A stretch of 64,000 bases of DNA, from the NCBI GenBank assembly GCA_964016885.1, contig OZ024745.1, positions 48,918,001 to 48,982,000 of the forward strand, read 5' to 3'. The stretch is from Eledone cirrhosa (Eukaryota). Position 1 is the first letter of the stretch. Each line of letters opens with the position of its first letter. A program made the position numbers and the translations under genes. A model generated the notes under the pieces. The model was not told the DNA's origin. It saw only the letters and a list, made by a program, of their open reading frames with translations, and made no database searches. Positions 1-14,300 of the stretch are shown piece by piece.

Positions 1-276
1 CTGCTATTCATTCCTTAATCTCTATTCCTCACTCTTCTACCAACAACCAGTATCTAGCCACATAGCTTTGTCTTCTCCACCACATTTATAGCCATATGTG
101 TTTACCTTAGCCATCAGAACCCTCCTATCTCCATTTTTGAAACAAGACAGCCCCTCTAATATCTTCCTTTGTCACCAACCATCATCTATTCTCACCCTTG
201 ATCTGGCTCATCTTGAAACAAGGCACCTTATGATGTTGATATGATGATGTATGAATATATGTATATGTAGCTGTGT

Positions 277-1878
277 CATCATCATTATCATCATTGTTTA
301 ACGTCCATTTTCCATGCTAGCATGGTCTGGACGGGAATTGTCCCACTTGAGGCAAGATTGGTTGTCTTGCTCAGGACTGTCTGGCGGGTTTTCTACGGCT
401 GGATGCCCTTCCTAACACCAACCACCTTTACAGTGTGGACTGGGAGGGTTTTACCGTGTTACCTACACGGCCACATTACAGCGTGGACTGTGTGTTTTTT
501 TGTTGTGACACCTACACGACCTCATTTATTTAGGACTGGATGTTGTGGTACCAACATAGCTTTACATCGAAAGGGGTGGTGTAGATGGCGGTGGGGGTAG
601 GGTTAGTGGGACGGGGGTGTATTTTGGTTAAGAGGTGCCTACTGACTGTAGGTTTCGCTTTGTACTTAGGCAAGGCGGGTCTTCTGTATTACTACGTAGC
701 GCCAAAGATCTCTGTCCAGTGACATTGTCTTGGAGAGGTGTGTGAGGTCGGATTTTATCAAGTCGTCCCAGGTTTTTCTGGGTCTGCCTACTCCGTAGCT
801 ACCATCTATTTTGATCGCCCTGCACTTTTTTATACAGCTGTTGTCTTTCATGCGCATCACATGACCATACCAATGTAGTCTTCTCTCGAGTAAACAGCAT
901 CTGATCCTTCTTATTCCTAATTTCTCACTTAGTTCATTTATGCTTTGCCGTTCGCGTATATTACTATTACACATCCAACGGAGCATGCAAGCTTCGTTCC
1001 TCTCCAGTCTGCGTAGATCCTCTGCACACAAGGCCCATGTCTCACTGCCATGTAACATTGCTGTTCGTATGCAGGTGTCATACAGCCTGCCTTTATTTTT
1101 AGAGAGAAACCTTTAGCGGCCAAAAGTGGTATAAGCTCTCTGAACTTTTTCCATCCCGTTCTGACTCTAGCTACAGTACTTTCAGAGCACCCTCCCCCAC
1201 TGCTGATTTTGTCACCCAGGTAACAGAAGGTGTCCACTATTTCTATAGCCCCATCTGGGCAATGGAATGAGCTAGTATCCTGTGGGCACTTGCTGCTACT
1301 TATTGCACCAGAGCACCAGCCAAATATAAAATCTATATTCTTAGTTAGCTTACCTGTGATCCCACTACATCTTTTATGCACCCATACTTTGCATTTGGGA
1401 CATAAAATGGAGTTTCTGCCTACTCCTTTCCTACACACTGAGCATGGCCATTTCCCAAATGAGACCAGTGCCCTATTCTCCTTCCTACATATTAGGACTT
1501 TAGTCTTAGACAAGTTAACTTTAAGGCCTTTTGATTCTAGGCCATGCTTCCATGTTTGGAATTTCTTCTCTAGTTCAGCCATTGATTCGGCTATGAGCGT
1601 TAGATCATCTGCGTATAGAAGTTCCCATGGGCAGCCGGTCTTGAACTCCTCCGTTATAGCTTGGAGGGCGATAATAAATAGGAGGGGTCTAAGGACGGAG
1701 CCCTGATGAACACCAACTTTTACGCTAAACTCTTCACTATATTCGTTGTTAATTCTAACCTTGCTGACTGTTTCTTTATACATGGCTTGTATAGCTCTCA
1801 CAAGCCATTCATCTACACCTAGTTTTCTAAGAGCTCACCAGATAATGGAGCGGGGGACTCTGTCAAAGGCTTTCTCCA
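277..1878 (-). mobile_element. 5'-truncated RTE-clade LINE (subfamily B), frameshifted RT C-half, 3'UTR and (GAT)n tail
   Basis: ORFs 938..1801 and 666..1058 contain GVHQGSVL, YADD, the PHD and FCYLG. The sequence matches the 41000-42346 copy more closely than the 33-37 kb copy. Confidence 0.93.
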
Positions 1879-2796
1879 GTATGTATATAATAATCAATGT
1901 ATTCCTTCAGTCTTTCACAAGATGTATGATTTTTCTCACTTATGATATGAGAAACATTTTAAGTACTACTGTCTCTCTGAATTTGGTTTAGACTAAGTAC
2001 ACCATATTCCTGTGTGTCATAAGAGGCAACTAAAAAGGTTGGTATTAGGAAGGGCATTAGGCTGTAAAATATTGCCTGAAAAATTCCCATGTTGATATGA
2101 AACCTATTATGAGGTCACAAAACTAACCTAAGCTTTAGTGGAGAAAATAGTCTTAAAACATATGTTGTTATTATGTTTTACTAATAAAGGTTGATGCATT
2201 GGCAGAATCATTAGAGTGTTGGATAAAATGCTTTGTGGTATCTGTTCTAGCTCTTTTTATTCAAATTCTGACATTTTTAACTTTGTCTTTTCATCCTTCT
2301 GGAGTTGATAAAATAAAGTACTGGGGGCAATTTAAATTGACCCCAGTACCCTTCTTCTGAGGCAGTGAATCAACAGAGTTATTAGCACATTGGATAGAAG
2401 GCCTTGAAGTATTTGTTCTGGCTCTTTGTGCTCTGAATAAAACATCCACTGAGGTTAACTTTGCCTTTCATCATTTTGAGGTTAATAAAAAAGTACCCAT
2501 CTAGTACTGGTGTTGATTCTTCATCTATATATCTCTCTCACCTTCTCTGGAAGTAATCAGCTGTGTTCAGACTTGGAGAGAGCTGAGAGCTCCACCAGGT
2601 TTTAAATGCTCAAGAAACATTGCATGTTACGGTGCCCCTATGATTCCATTAGCAGTTATGTTGTCCATACATACATAAATACAATCCTTTCCCCTAAATT
2701 ACTGGCCTTGTACCTTAAGTAGAAACCATATTTTACTAATATCAAATTTGTTTTCTTCATATATTTTTTTGTTCTAGCCATTTTAGAATTTCAACA

Positions 2797-2886
2797 ATGC
2801 CTTCAATGAATTGGACCAAAATTATGAATGCATCTAAATGCAACATAGAGGATGACTGCGAGGTGTTCTTTGAAATGATCAAATCT
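2797..2886 (+). CDS. CEP290: CEP290 coding exon 1 (MPSMNWTKIMNASKCNIEDDCEVFFEMIKS)
   Basis: ATG at 2797 lies just after a pyrimidine tract and AG (ttttgttctag), implying an upstream UTR exon. 90 nt, donor gtaagt. Confidence 0.88.
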
Positions 2887-5800
2887 GTAAGTTGCCTCAT
2901 TTCATTTTACTCTTTAATTTGTGTGTGTAGCCTAGTGGATAGCGTGTTGGAGTCTTGATCATAAGGTTGTGGGTTCAATTTGTAAGGTTGTGGGTTCAAA
3001 ACTGAGTGACACAATGTTTTCACAATAGGACTAGGCCTTTATCATTAAAACACCCCAAAATCCTCCTATGAGATGCAATCTTGTAGGTGGTCAGCTAAAC
3101 CTACATAGGTGGGAGCTGGAAATTTCACCTTTATTTTTTACTATTTAATTCATTTACTGTGCTGATATACAAGAGATATAGTAGTGGTAATATTTCACAA
3201 GAAAAAGCACGCTAGCACTGAAAACGAAAGCCAGATTTAGCAGAAAGGGATGGGCTTCGCCAGGCTTAAAATGCCCAAGTAACGCCATATGTCAATATTC
3301 CACCCCTATGACTCTATCAGGAGTTATGGGACCATATATACATACAGTAATAATTATTTTTTAAAATGTTTATTTAGTTGTATGTAAATGTTTATTTAGT
3401 TGTGTGTAATAGCACACTTTAAAGTGGTCATGTAGGTGTCACGAAAAAAAGCACCCAGCCCACACTGTAAAGGGGTCATGTGGGTGTTGGGACAAAAAGC
3501 ACCCAGCCTACACTGTAAAGTGGTCGTGTAGGTGTCATGGCAAAAAGCACCCAGCCCACACTGTAAGGTGGTCATGTGGGTGTTGTGACAAAAAGCACTC
3601 AGCCCACACTGTAAAGTGGTCATGTAGGTGTCATGACAAAAAACACCCAGACCACACTGTAAGGTAGTTATGTAGGAGTCATGACAAAAAGCACGCAGCT
3701 CATACTGTAAATATGGTTGGTGTTAGGGAGGGTATCCAGCCATAGAAATCTAGCCAGAAACAGTTCTATATGAGCAAGACAAGGTCACCTTACCCAACTT
3801 GCCTCAAATGGAACAACCTGTCTAACCCATGCTAGCATGGAAAGTGGACATTAAATGACAACGATGATGATGATTATTCTCTATCATAGCAATATTCTTT
3901 GATGTCAGTTTAGTTTCATCTTTGTTAGGGTGATTATCTTTATAGCAGTTATAAGATTTTTGTATTACACACTGGACTTCAGAATATACCAAGTATATTT
4001 TAAAATCCACTTTTATTATTATCCTTCAACTTCTATATCAGTTTCTGAAAGCTTAGAATAGGTTCAGTTATTATCTTGATTGTTAGAATATACACATAAC
4101 TCTGTGTGAAGGAGGTTACTAAAAGGGTTGGTATCAAAAATGGTATCTAGCTGTAAAATACTGCTTCAAAAGGTTCTGTCAAACCCATACTAGCAAGAAA
4201 AAACAGACACTAAACTGATGAGATAGGAATAAATGTAATTTTAAATTGAGATTTTATTGTATTACAGTTCGACGGTAGCCATGAAAAGGACATTGAACGC
4301 ATGAAGAAGTTATTTGAAGTAACTCGAGATCTCATATTATTGAAAAATGATCAATTGGAGGAGGTAATAATAAATATGGAAGTAGAAACCAAAAAAGATG
4401 CTAAGAAAGGTATGTACATCATAAACAGTTTACGCTTATGAATTATTATATGTTTATAAAGTAGAAAATCCACAACGTTGATCCTCATGTCCAGCTGCAC
4501 AATCACTACTATCTTTCTTTTAACATTGTTTTTACCTTGCTCCTTTTGTATCTCCTCTCTTATTCATGCTTAACCTTCCCTCTAGATTTCATTCTATTCT
4601 TTTTGTGGGATAAGGGGAGACTTCAGTTTACTTCACATATATCATTTTGTTCTATTTTTTTTTACTGGTTTCAGTCATTAGACTGCAGCTATGCTGGGGC
4701 AGTATATATTACTGGTTTCAGTCATTAGACTGGGGCCATGATTGAAGAGATTTAGTGAATCATATCGACACAGGATTTATAATAATAATAATAAAATTAT
4801 TGTGTAAAGTACTCAGGTGCGCTACAACTCGTCAAAGGTGCATGTATAGTACATAGAATAATATACAAATGTCAGGGAAGTGAATAGTGTATGAGTCATG
4901 ATATACATGTGTGTATGTGTATGGAGGGGGAATGTTAGGTGTAGTGTTGGCGAATCTCAGGAAGCATGGGGTTTTAAAGGATACAGTGTCTCGACAGCTA
5001 ACAACTGATGCAGGTAGTTTGTTCCATGCTTCAGCAACTCTGAGCGTGAAAAAATGTTTCCGAAAGTCATGGGAACTGTACTGTTTTCTGACTTTGTGGG
5101 CATGCCCACGTGTGTTAGACACATGGAAATCAAAAAGGTACTCAGGGTTCAACATATAATAAAGGTACATATAATAAAGGTACTTTTCATGTCTGGTAAT
5201 TATTTTATTGATCCCTTTTTGTCAAACCACTAAGTTATGGGAGATAAACAGTAAACCTAAATACAGTCTTACACACATATACATACACCCTCTCCTACAT
5301 AGATGTCGCAACAAAAAGCCCACACTGTAAATGTCGTTGGTGTTAGTAAGGGCATTCAGCCATAGAAATCAATCCCAAACCACTCCTGTATCAGCAAGTC
5401 ATGGTCATCGGACCTGGCTTGTCTCACAACAGGGCAACTTGTCTAATCCATGCTAGCGTGGAAAATGGACGTTAAACAGAGATGATGATGATATGATGGG
5501 CGTCTACACAGTTTCTGTCTAGTAAATATCACTCACAAGGCATTGATCAATCTGAAGACACTTGGCTAAGGTACCATGCAGTGGGACTGAGCCCGAAACT
5601 ACATGGTTTTGAAGTAAACTCCTTAACCACCCAGCCATGCCTGTGCATATGTATATTTTCTTCTTTTTTGTGTTGTTATTTTTATTGAGCTGTTGAATCC
5701 TGATTGATCTGGATTGATGATTGCTGTACTGTCTTAACTTCTTGTCCTGAGTGCAGGAATGTATATAAGCCTATAGCCCATTTGAGAGGTCAGTAGCTCT

Positions 5801-8800
5801 GCTTGAGTACTGACTTGGTCTGTTATACCCATCCAACCCTTGCTGGCAGGGTAAGAAGTTGTTAAATGATGATGATGTTTGGCACAAATAATGTACATTC
5901 CATTCAATAACTGTTTTTTTACAGAACAGGAATTACAAGCTAAAATGTATTTTACATTCAATAATTATTTTGACAGAACAAAGACTGCAAGCTAAAATCA
6001 AAGAGATGGAACACCAACTTAACAACTTAAAGGTATTGTATGGTATGCTTAACTCTTAACATCCTGTAATAATTTAGCAGAAAATACCTGAAAAGGGTTT
6101 GTTAATTCAAATATTTATAGTATGTTTACTAGTTGACTGATTGTTGTGAAAATTTCTAATATGATGCAATCATGGTGATGTTTTGTACATTTTAAGTATA
6201 TCTTGCTCATGAGGTTCCACGTGGTACAGGATGTTAAGAGTTAATTCTTACTTTAAAATTTAATATTGACATTTTATATGGGCAAGGGGCTTCACATTTA
6301 CAGTAAATGAGAGGGAGTTAATTGGATTTAAACTCAGAATATAAAGGGATGAAACTATATACTTTAAAGATTGACACTTTACAATTCATTGTCTACCGCA
6401 AGAAAAGTAACATAATCACAAAGCTTCTTATATAGTTTATATATTACTAGTGGACCTCTGCTGTCCATAATGATGGCAATAGCATTGAATGTATTTAATT
6501 TTTTGAGTTTGGAATTGGTATGTCATGTATATCAGGATTACCAGATATATGAACAATTATACAAACTGGGAAAATTGCATTCTGATAAATTAATTGTTTG
6601 AATAAGAGAAACCTTATAGTTTATGTTACTGACATATGGAAATGATTAAAGATAAGAATTATATTTTAATAATTTATTTCTTGCATATAATTACATAAAT
6701 GTTAAACATATATGTACAAATGACATACAAGATTAAATGTAAGAATAACTTTGAAAATATCACTATTAACAGGGATATATGTAAGGTTATATGGAGAATG
6801 TGATTGGAAATTGAACTTCTTATTGTAGCAACATGCATTATGTGTGAGTGCATACATTTTAAAGGGTTACAGATGGAGATAAATATAAATATACAAACAC
6901 GCATGATGTATTATTATGGTTTATTTTCTTTATTTTCCTTTCTTTCAGAGATCGGATAGTGATGGAGATTATACATCTTCCAGTACCAAATACTTGCAGG
7001 AAGAGATAAACCATTTGAATAACCAAATTCATCATTTAACTGAAGAAAATATGGAACTTCAAAGAGATCTAGATGATGAAAAGAGAGCTAGTGAAAGGGT
7101 ACAATTGATATGTTCATTGTGCATGTGTGTTTGTGTGTACATGATGGCTACACATGGTTACCTTTTTGTCTCCATGTAAATGACAATAATTTTCACTTGA
7201 AAGGACGTCTTCAGAAACTTCTGTTGGTGTTGTCCTCAATATTAGTGAAAACTGAAAATTGTAGTGCAAAAATGTTTTGACTAAACACAAGTTCTTTGCC
7301 TAAAACAACTTACTCTACTTTTCTGGGTCTAGAATCTTCAAATGAAAGAATCTTTTCTCTTATTTTATCAGTGTGGAAAAGTTATTTACAGCCACTCGTG
7401 GAAGAGAGACAGTAGAAGTAGTACAGAAACAAACACTGATAAATGAATAAATAAATACATACATACATGGCACACACACATACGCATATGTACATACATG
7501 CATACATGGCGTACACACACACACATACGTACATACATACACGCCTTGTCTAATGGGAAAGCCAGATGAATTTGTTCATTCCTCCCAAGTATTTCATTTT
7601 TCCAGTGTGCAATATATATACATATATATATGATATTCTTTTTTTGTTACTTTCAGTATAATTCCCAAATTATTGACCTTGACAGAGAAAAGGCTATTCT
7701 AAGACAAGAAGTAAGCAAACAATTTCTTTCCATAATGAATTAAAATTCTTTTTCTGTAATATTCTATTACACTAAAATTATGATTATCAAACTCTCTATG
7801 AGGTTTACACTGCCACTTTTACATCTTCAGTAGCAGAAATATTGCCCTCAATGTGGTTTTCTGCTGCCTTTCCAGTCTGACCAAGGACATGGGGCAATCT
7901 ATTGATATAATAAGGTAGTTTGGGTCCACCCTGTAAGGTGGTAATGTTGGTGCCATACTGAAAAGCACCCAGCCCACCTTGTAAGGTGGTAGTATGGGTG
8001 CCGTGCTGAAAACTCAGTCCACCCCGAAAAGTAGTAGTTCCAGAGACAATAAAGTGCTCCCAGTAAATGTTGTAAAGTGGTTGGCTTTAGGAAGGGCATC
8101 AAACCATAGAAACTAAACCAAAATGGAGCATATGAGTAGGACATTACCATATAACTGGTCTGGCATCAGCATGTGATAACCTGTCTAACCCATGCAAACA
8201 TGGAAAACACATTAAATGGTGATGATGATGATATCATCATCATCATCATCAACGTTTAACGTCCGTGTTCCACGCTTGCATGGGTTTGGACGGGGGTAGT
8301 CCCACTTGAGGCAAGAGTGATTGTCTTGCTCGCATAGGACTGTCTGGCAGGTTTTCTACAGTTGGATGCCCTTCCTAACACCAACCACATTTACAGTGTG
8401 GGTCTGGGAGGTTTTTACCGTGTTGCCTACACGGCCACATTACAGCGTGGACTGTGTGTTTTTTTGTCGTGACACCTACACGATCTCATTTGTTTCGGCC
8501 CGGATGGCGCGGCACCAACATAACTTTACATAGGACGGGGTGGTGTGGATGGGGTGGGGGTGGTGGTGGTGGGACGGGGTGTATTTTGTTAGAGATGCCT
8601 ACTGGCAAGGCGGGTCTTCTCTGTTACTGAGTACCGCCAAAGGTCTCGGTCCAGTGACATTGTCTTGGAGAGGTGTAAGTGTGTGAGGTCGGAGTTTATC
8701 AGCTCGTCCCAGGTTTTTCTAGGTCTGCCTATTCCGTGGCTACCGTCTATCTTTATTGCCCTGCACTTTGTTATACAGCTATCGACTTTCATGCGCATCA

Positions 8801-11343
8801 CGTGTCCATACCAACGTAGCCTTCTCTCGAGTAAACAACATCTGATCCCTCTTATCTCTAATTTTTTCCTTAGTTCGTTTATGCTTTGCCGTTCACGTAT
8901 ATTACTGTTACACATCCAGCGGAGCATGCAAGCTTCGTTCCTCTCTAGTCTGCGTATATCCTCTGCACACAATGCCCAGGTCTCACTGCCATGCAACATT
9001 GCTGTTCGTATGCAGGCATCGTACAACCTGCCTTTCATTTTTAGGGAGAACCCTTTAGCAGCTAATAGTGGTATAAGCTCTCTGAACTTTTTCCAACCAG
9101 TTCTGACTCTAGCTACAGTACTTTCAGAGCACCCTCCCCCACTGCTGATTTTATTGCCCAGGTAACGGAAGCTGTCCACTATTTCTATAGAACCCTCTGC
9201 GCAATTGAAAGAGCTAGTATTGTGTGGGCACTTGCTGCTACTTATTGCCCCAGAACACCGGCCACATGTAAAATCTATGTTCTTAGTTAGCTTACCTGTG
9301 ATCCCACTACATCTTTTATGCACCCATACTTTGCATTTAGGACACAAAATGGAGTTTCTACCTACGCCTTTCCTACACACCGAGCACGACCATTTCCCAG
9401 AAGGGACCGCCGCCTTGTTTTCTTTCCTACAAACTAGAACTTTGGTCTTAGCCAGGTTAATTTTAAGTCCTTTTGACTCTAGGCCGTGCTTCCATGTTTG
9501 GAATTTCTTCTCTAGCTCGGCCATTGATTCCGCTATGAGTGTCAGGTCGTCTGCGTATAGGAGTTCCCATGGGCAGCCTGTCTTGAACTCCTCTGTTATA
9601 GCCTGAAGGGCAATAATAAATAGTAGGGGGCTGAGAACAGAGCCCTGATGGACGCCAACTTTTACGCTAAACTCTTCACTATATTCGTTGTTAATTCTAA
9701 CCTTGCTGACTGTTTCTTTATACATGGCTTGTATAGCCCTCACAAGCCATTCGTCAACGCCTAGTTTTCTAAGAGCCCACCAGATAATGGAGCGGGGGAC
9801 TCTGTCGAAGGCTTTCTCCAAGTCGACAAAAGCTAAGTAGAGGGGTTTACCTTTAGCTAGGTACTTCTCCTGTAGTTGTCGTACTATGAAAAGAGCGTCT
9901 GTGGTACTTTTGCCTGACACAAACCCGAACTGCATTTCATCTAGGTCAATTCTCTCTCTGATTAGTTGCGCTATTACTTTTTCTGTGACCTTCATGACCT
10001 GGTCGATTAATTTAATGCCTCTATAGTTACTCCTATCTAGGGCGTCTCCTTTACCCTTATAACAGTTAACGATGATGCTGCTATGCCAGTCCTTCGGAAC
10101 AACCCCATTCTGTACGACTTGGTTAACTATGCGGGTGACCATGGTGTGTCCCACCGTGCCAGATGCCTTCAGCATCTCAGCAACTATTTCCGAAGGCCCA
10201 GCCGCCTTACCTGTCTTCATATCCTTGATTGCCTTACTTATTATACTCCCCTCGACTAACACTGCTGGTCCCTCTATTGGGTCGACATGGGGGAGACTGT
10301 CTTTCTCCCATTTATTCTCCTCATTTAGTAGCCTTTCATAGTGACACTTCCAAGCTGCCTTCTTATCAGTGTCGGTGATGGCAAGTATGCCATCATCGTT
10401 AAGTACACACTTCTCCCCGACAATATCACGGTTTTCCTTGACGCATTGCCTAGCAATCCTGAACACCTCACGTTTTTGGTCATCGCGTTGTAGGACATGC
10501 TTGAACTTTCTTTCCTCAGCTTCCCTTCTTGCTAAGTACACTTCTCTCCTAGCTTCCCTCCTGGCCACTTGATAGTCTACTCTACTTCCCCCATCCCGCC
10601 ATACTTTCCAAGCCTGCTTTTTGGCCTTAATTGACTCCTCCACCTTACTGTTCCACCACCATGTTACTCTCCTCCTGCCTACAGGCCTGCTCCAGCCACA
10701 GACTTCGTCTGTGGCCAACAGCAGGTTTGCTTTCAGAAATTCCCACTGTCCCTCTATATTGTCCGACTCTAAGTGTTCTTCCTTACTGTCGAAAGCATCA
10801 AGTAATATGTTTTGAAATTTATTTTTGGCTGTGGGGTCCTTTAGCTTCCATATTTTTCTCCTGAGGATAGTCCTCTTCTGCTGTCGAGTACGTCTCGACC
10901 TGACTATGAGGTCGCTAATTATCAGTCTATGTTGGGAGGTGCATTCTTCATGGGGGAGGGATTTAGTGTTTACAACAGACACTCTGTCACGTCTTCTGGT
11001 AAGGATATAATCTACCTGGCTTGTGTGTTCCCCGGATCTATAGGTGATCAGGTGATTGTCACGTTTTTTGAAGTTAGTGTTACAGATAGTTAGGTTATTT
11101 GCATCACAGAATTCCAGGATTCTGGAGCCTTCCTCATTTCTAGTACCAAACCCATAGCCTCCATGGATTTCGTCGTAGCCGTCACAATGTTGCCCAACGT
11201 GACCATTTAGGTCGCCTGCAATAATTATATAGTCACTGTCAGATATTTGGGAGGTAGTGAGCATCAGTGTCTCATAGAATCTGTCTTTTATATATATATA
11301 TATATATATAGCGTGGAAGAACGGACGTAAAATGGTGATGATG

Positions 11344-11374
<31 letters not shown>

Positions 11375-14300
11375 TATCATTATCATCACTGTAAATGAGG
11401 TTAATGTTAGGAAGGGCATCCAGCTGTAGAAACCAAGCCCAAATCAGTTCTGTATAAGCAAGGTATGATCACCTGCAACAGGATAACTCGTCTAACCCAT
11501 GTTAGCGTGATAAAATGGATGTAAAATGGTGATGATGATAAACCGCAACTCAGCAGAACATGAAAGCTTCAGCCTACATCATGATGGGCAGATATGGAAG
11601 TTTATTAAGGCTGGTGAAACATGGAAAAGAGATACCAGCTGGTCTGAAAACACTGTACCCACAACAACTGGCAATAAAAAAACTGAAAAAACTCTGGGAA
11701 ACTAAGTCAGAACAACCTGCCATCCCCTGCACATAATCATTGACTGAAATCAAGGTACAAATTGTTGTCCTTGAATGCACGTAGTCTATGCAATAAGATA
11801 CATCTTTTTGACTCCTACGTCAAAAGTATCAACCCTGACTTCATTACAGTCACAGAAACATGGGCACATTCCTTACTCTGTGATGGGGTTTTCAGCATAA
11901 CTGGCTACAACTTGTTTCGTAAAGACTGCATTAATCATGGTGGTGGTGGTGTAATGGTCTACGTTCGGTCAAATTTTTCAGCAATTCCTTGTGTTGATTT
12001 GAACCAATCACAGCAAGAGATATTTTTCTGAGATATACGTATGACCATGTCAACACTGCTACTTGGAGTCGTTTACCGTCCCCCAAATTACCATCAGGAC
12101 ACTCAACTTTGTGATACCCTCAGAGCTGCTGCCAGGAAAACAGCCACTTATGTTTTTATTGCAGGGGACTTCAATCACCCTGAGATTGACTGGGAAACCT
12201 TTCGTTGGCCGCAAAGTGCAAATGATTTCCTTGAGCTAGTGCTGAACTAAAACTGGTCCCAAGTAGTCACCGCCCCAAAAAGAGGTGACAACACTTTGGA
12301 TCTGCTCTTCACCACTACTCCTGAAACGGTTATTAGTGTTACTACTGAGGAACCTTTAGGTGACTCTGATCATGCTATGATCATTGCCAATCTATCCCTC
12401 ATGGGCAGTAACAAAAACCACAACCATCTCCAAACTGTTCACTTTGACTGGAATAAAGCAAACTGGAACTGTTACTCCACCGAGTTGCAACGTCCAAACT
12501 GGCTTGAGTTTTATGACTCTGGAGATGTCAACACTGTACTCCAGAACATCCTGAACTCAATATGGATAACATGTGCATCATCGGTGCCATTAAGCAGAAA
12601 AAACATCCCAAAAGTGCAATTTGAGAGACTGCAGCAGTCCGTCTTGCCAGAAAAGAACGTTGCAATGCTGAACGTGAGAGTACAAACTGCATAAATCAGA
12701 TATCAATAGGAAAAAGCAAAATAAATCATCCAACCATCTCAAGCAGGTGACAAAAAAGGTAGTGCTTGAATTTTAGCAGTGCATAGCAACCAGCCCTGAC
12801 AGTAAGGTGTTCTGGAAGTATGTTCACTCAAAGCAGAGGCCTCACTCTCCAGTTGGTCCTCTGCGCACTCCCCACACAAGCCAGGTTACTGACGACCCCA
12901 AGGAATGCGCAGAGCTCATTGCTGAATGCTATGCAGGCATTTTCACTATTAGAGACCAGAGTGTACCGTCTCCACCGCCTCTGACATTGAATTCTATTAC
13001 AACTATGGAATTTACACCTGAAATGCTCCGACGTCACGTTAAAAATAAACGCAACCATGCCTCTCCTGGTCTTGATGGTGTTACGTACCTGCTTCTCAAA
13101 CGTGGTGGGTACTTCCTTCTGCACAAGCTATTACGCTTCTTCCAATTCTGTCTGAACAATGGTGCTACTCCAGAACAGTGGAAAACTGCCAGTGTCATTC
13201 CTCTGGATGTTGTTTACGTTGACTTTGCTAAAGCTTTCAATTCTGTGCCACACAAAAGACTTATGGCAATGGGTCTGAAGGATAATCTTTTTAACTGGTT
13301 GAAGTCCTTCATTCTCAGTCGAAGAGAGGTAGTCACGGTTCTAGGACAGCATTCCTCACCATATGAGATGTCATCTGTTGTACCACAGGGATCTGTTCTT
13401 GGCCCCCTTTTGTTTGTGGCATATATTAATGACATAGATGCCAACTTAAAGAATGCCACAGTACTGAAATATGCAGATGACATCAAGCTGTACCTTGAGA
13501 GAAAAAGGACAGATCCTGAACACTATAGATCTTGCTTGCAGTCTGACCTGGACACAATGCAACAATGGATCTCAGACTGGCAACTCAAGCTAGCTGTGGA
13601 CAAGTGCACCACCATGCATTTTGGGAGTAAAAACCCAGTGTCCACATACTCCCTCCACAATACTAATATCAAGAAGTCTTCTTGTGAACGTGACCTGGGC
13701 ATTACTGTCAGCAGCGATTTGCGTTGGACGAAGCACGTCTCTAAAATTGTCAAGAAGGCCGAGGGTGTCTTAGCATCACTCAGCAAGACCTTTGTCAGCC
13801 GCTCTCCAGCTATCTATATAAAGCTGTATATAGCTATGGTGTGGCCATACTTAGAATTTGCATCACCAGTCTGGAACCCCTATCTTGCTCAGAACATTGA
13901 CTGCCTGGAAACTGTTCAGAGACGTGCAACCAAGCGAATGCCCTCCATCAGGCATCTACCATACTCTGAACACCTTGCTTCCCTGGGCATGGATACATTG
14001 AAGCTCCGACGTCTGGCAACTGACTTGGTAAACACCCACAAAATTACTAACCATCTTGCCAACAACAACCCTGAGTACCTTTTTAATTTCCATGTATGAT
14101 GATGTATCTAACACACGTGGGCATGCCAACAAAGTCAGAAAACAGCACAGCTCCCATGACTTTCAGAAACATATTTTCATGCTCAGAGTTGCTGAAGCAT
14201 GGAACAAACTACCTGCATCAGTTGTTAGCTGTTGAGACACTGCATCCTTTAAAACCTCCATGCTTCCCGAGATTCGCCAACACTACACCTAATACTCCCC

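Noticed and set aside
8665-11010. Numerous ORFs antisense to RTE/CR1/CRE coding regions (also 33859-36800, 39890-41676, 53509-55345)
   Set aside because: They are shadow frames of retroelement ORFs, repeated only because the elements are repeated.
11289-11375. N-terminal extension MCVCIYIYIY of the 928-aa ORF
   Set aside because: This is read-through into (TA)n/(CA)n microsatellite; the element is truncated at 11288. The same artefact affects ORF 52235..52930.
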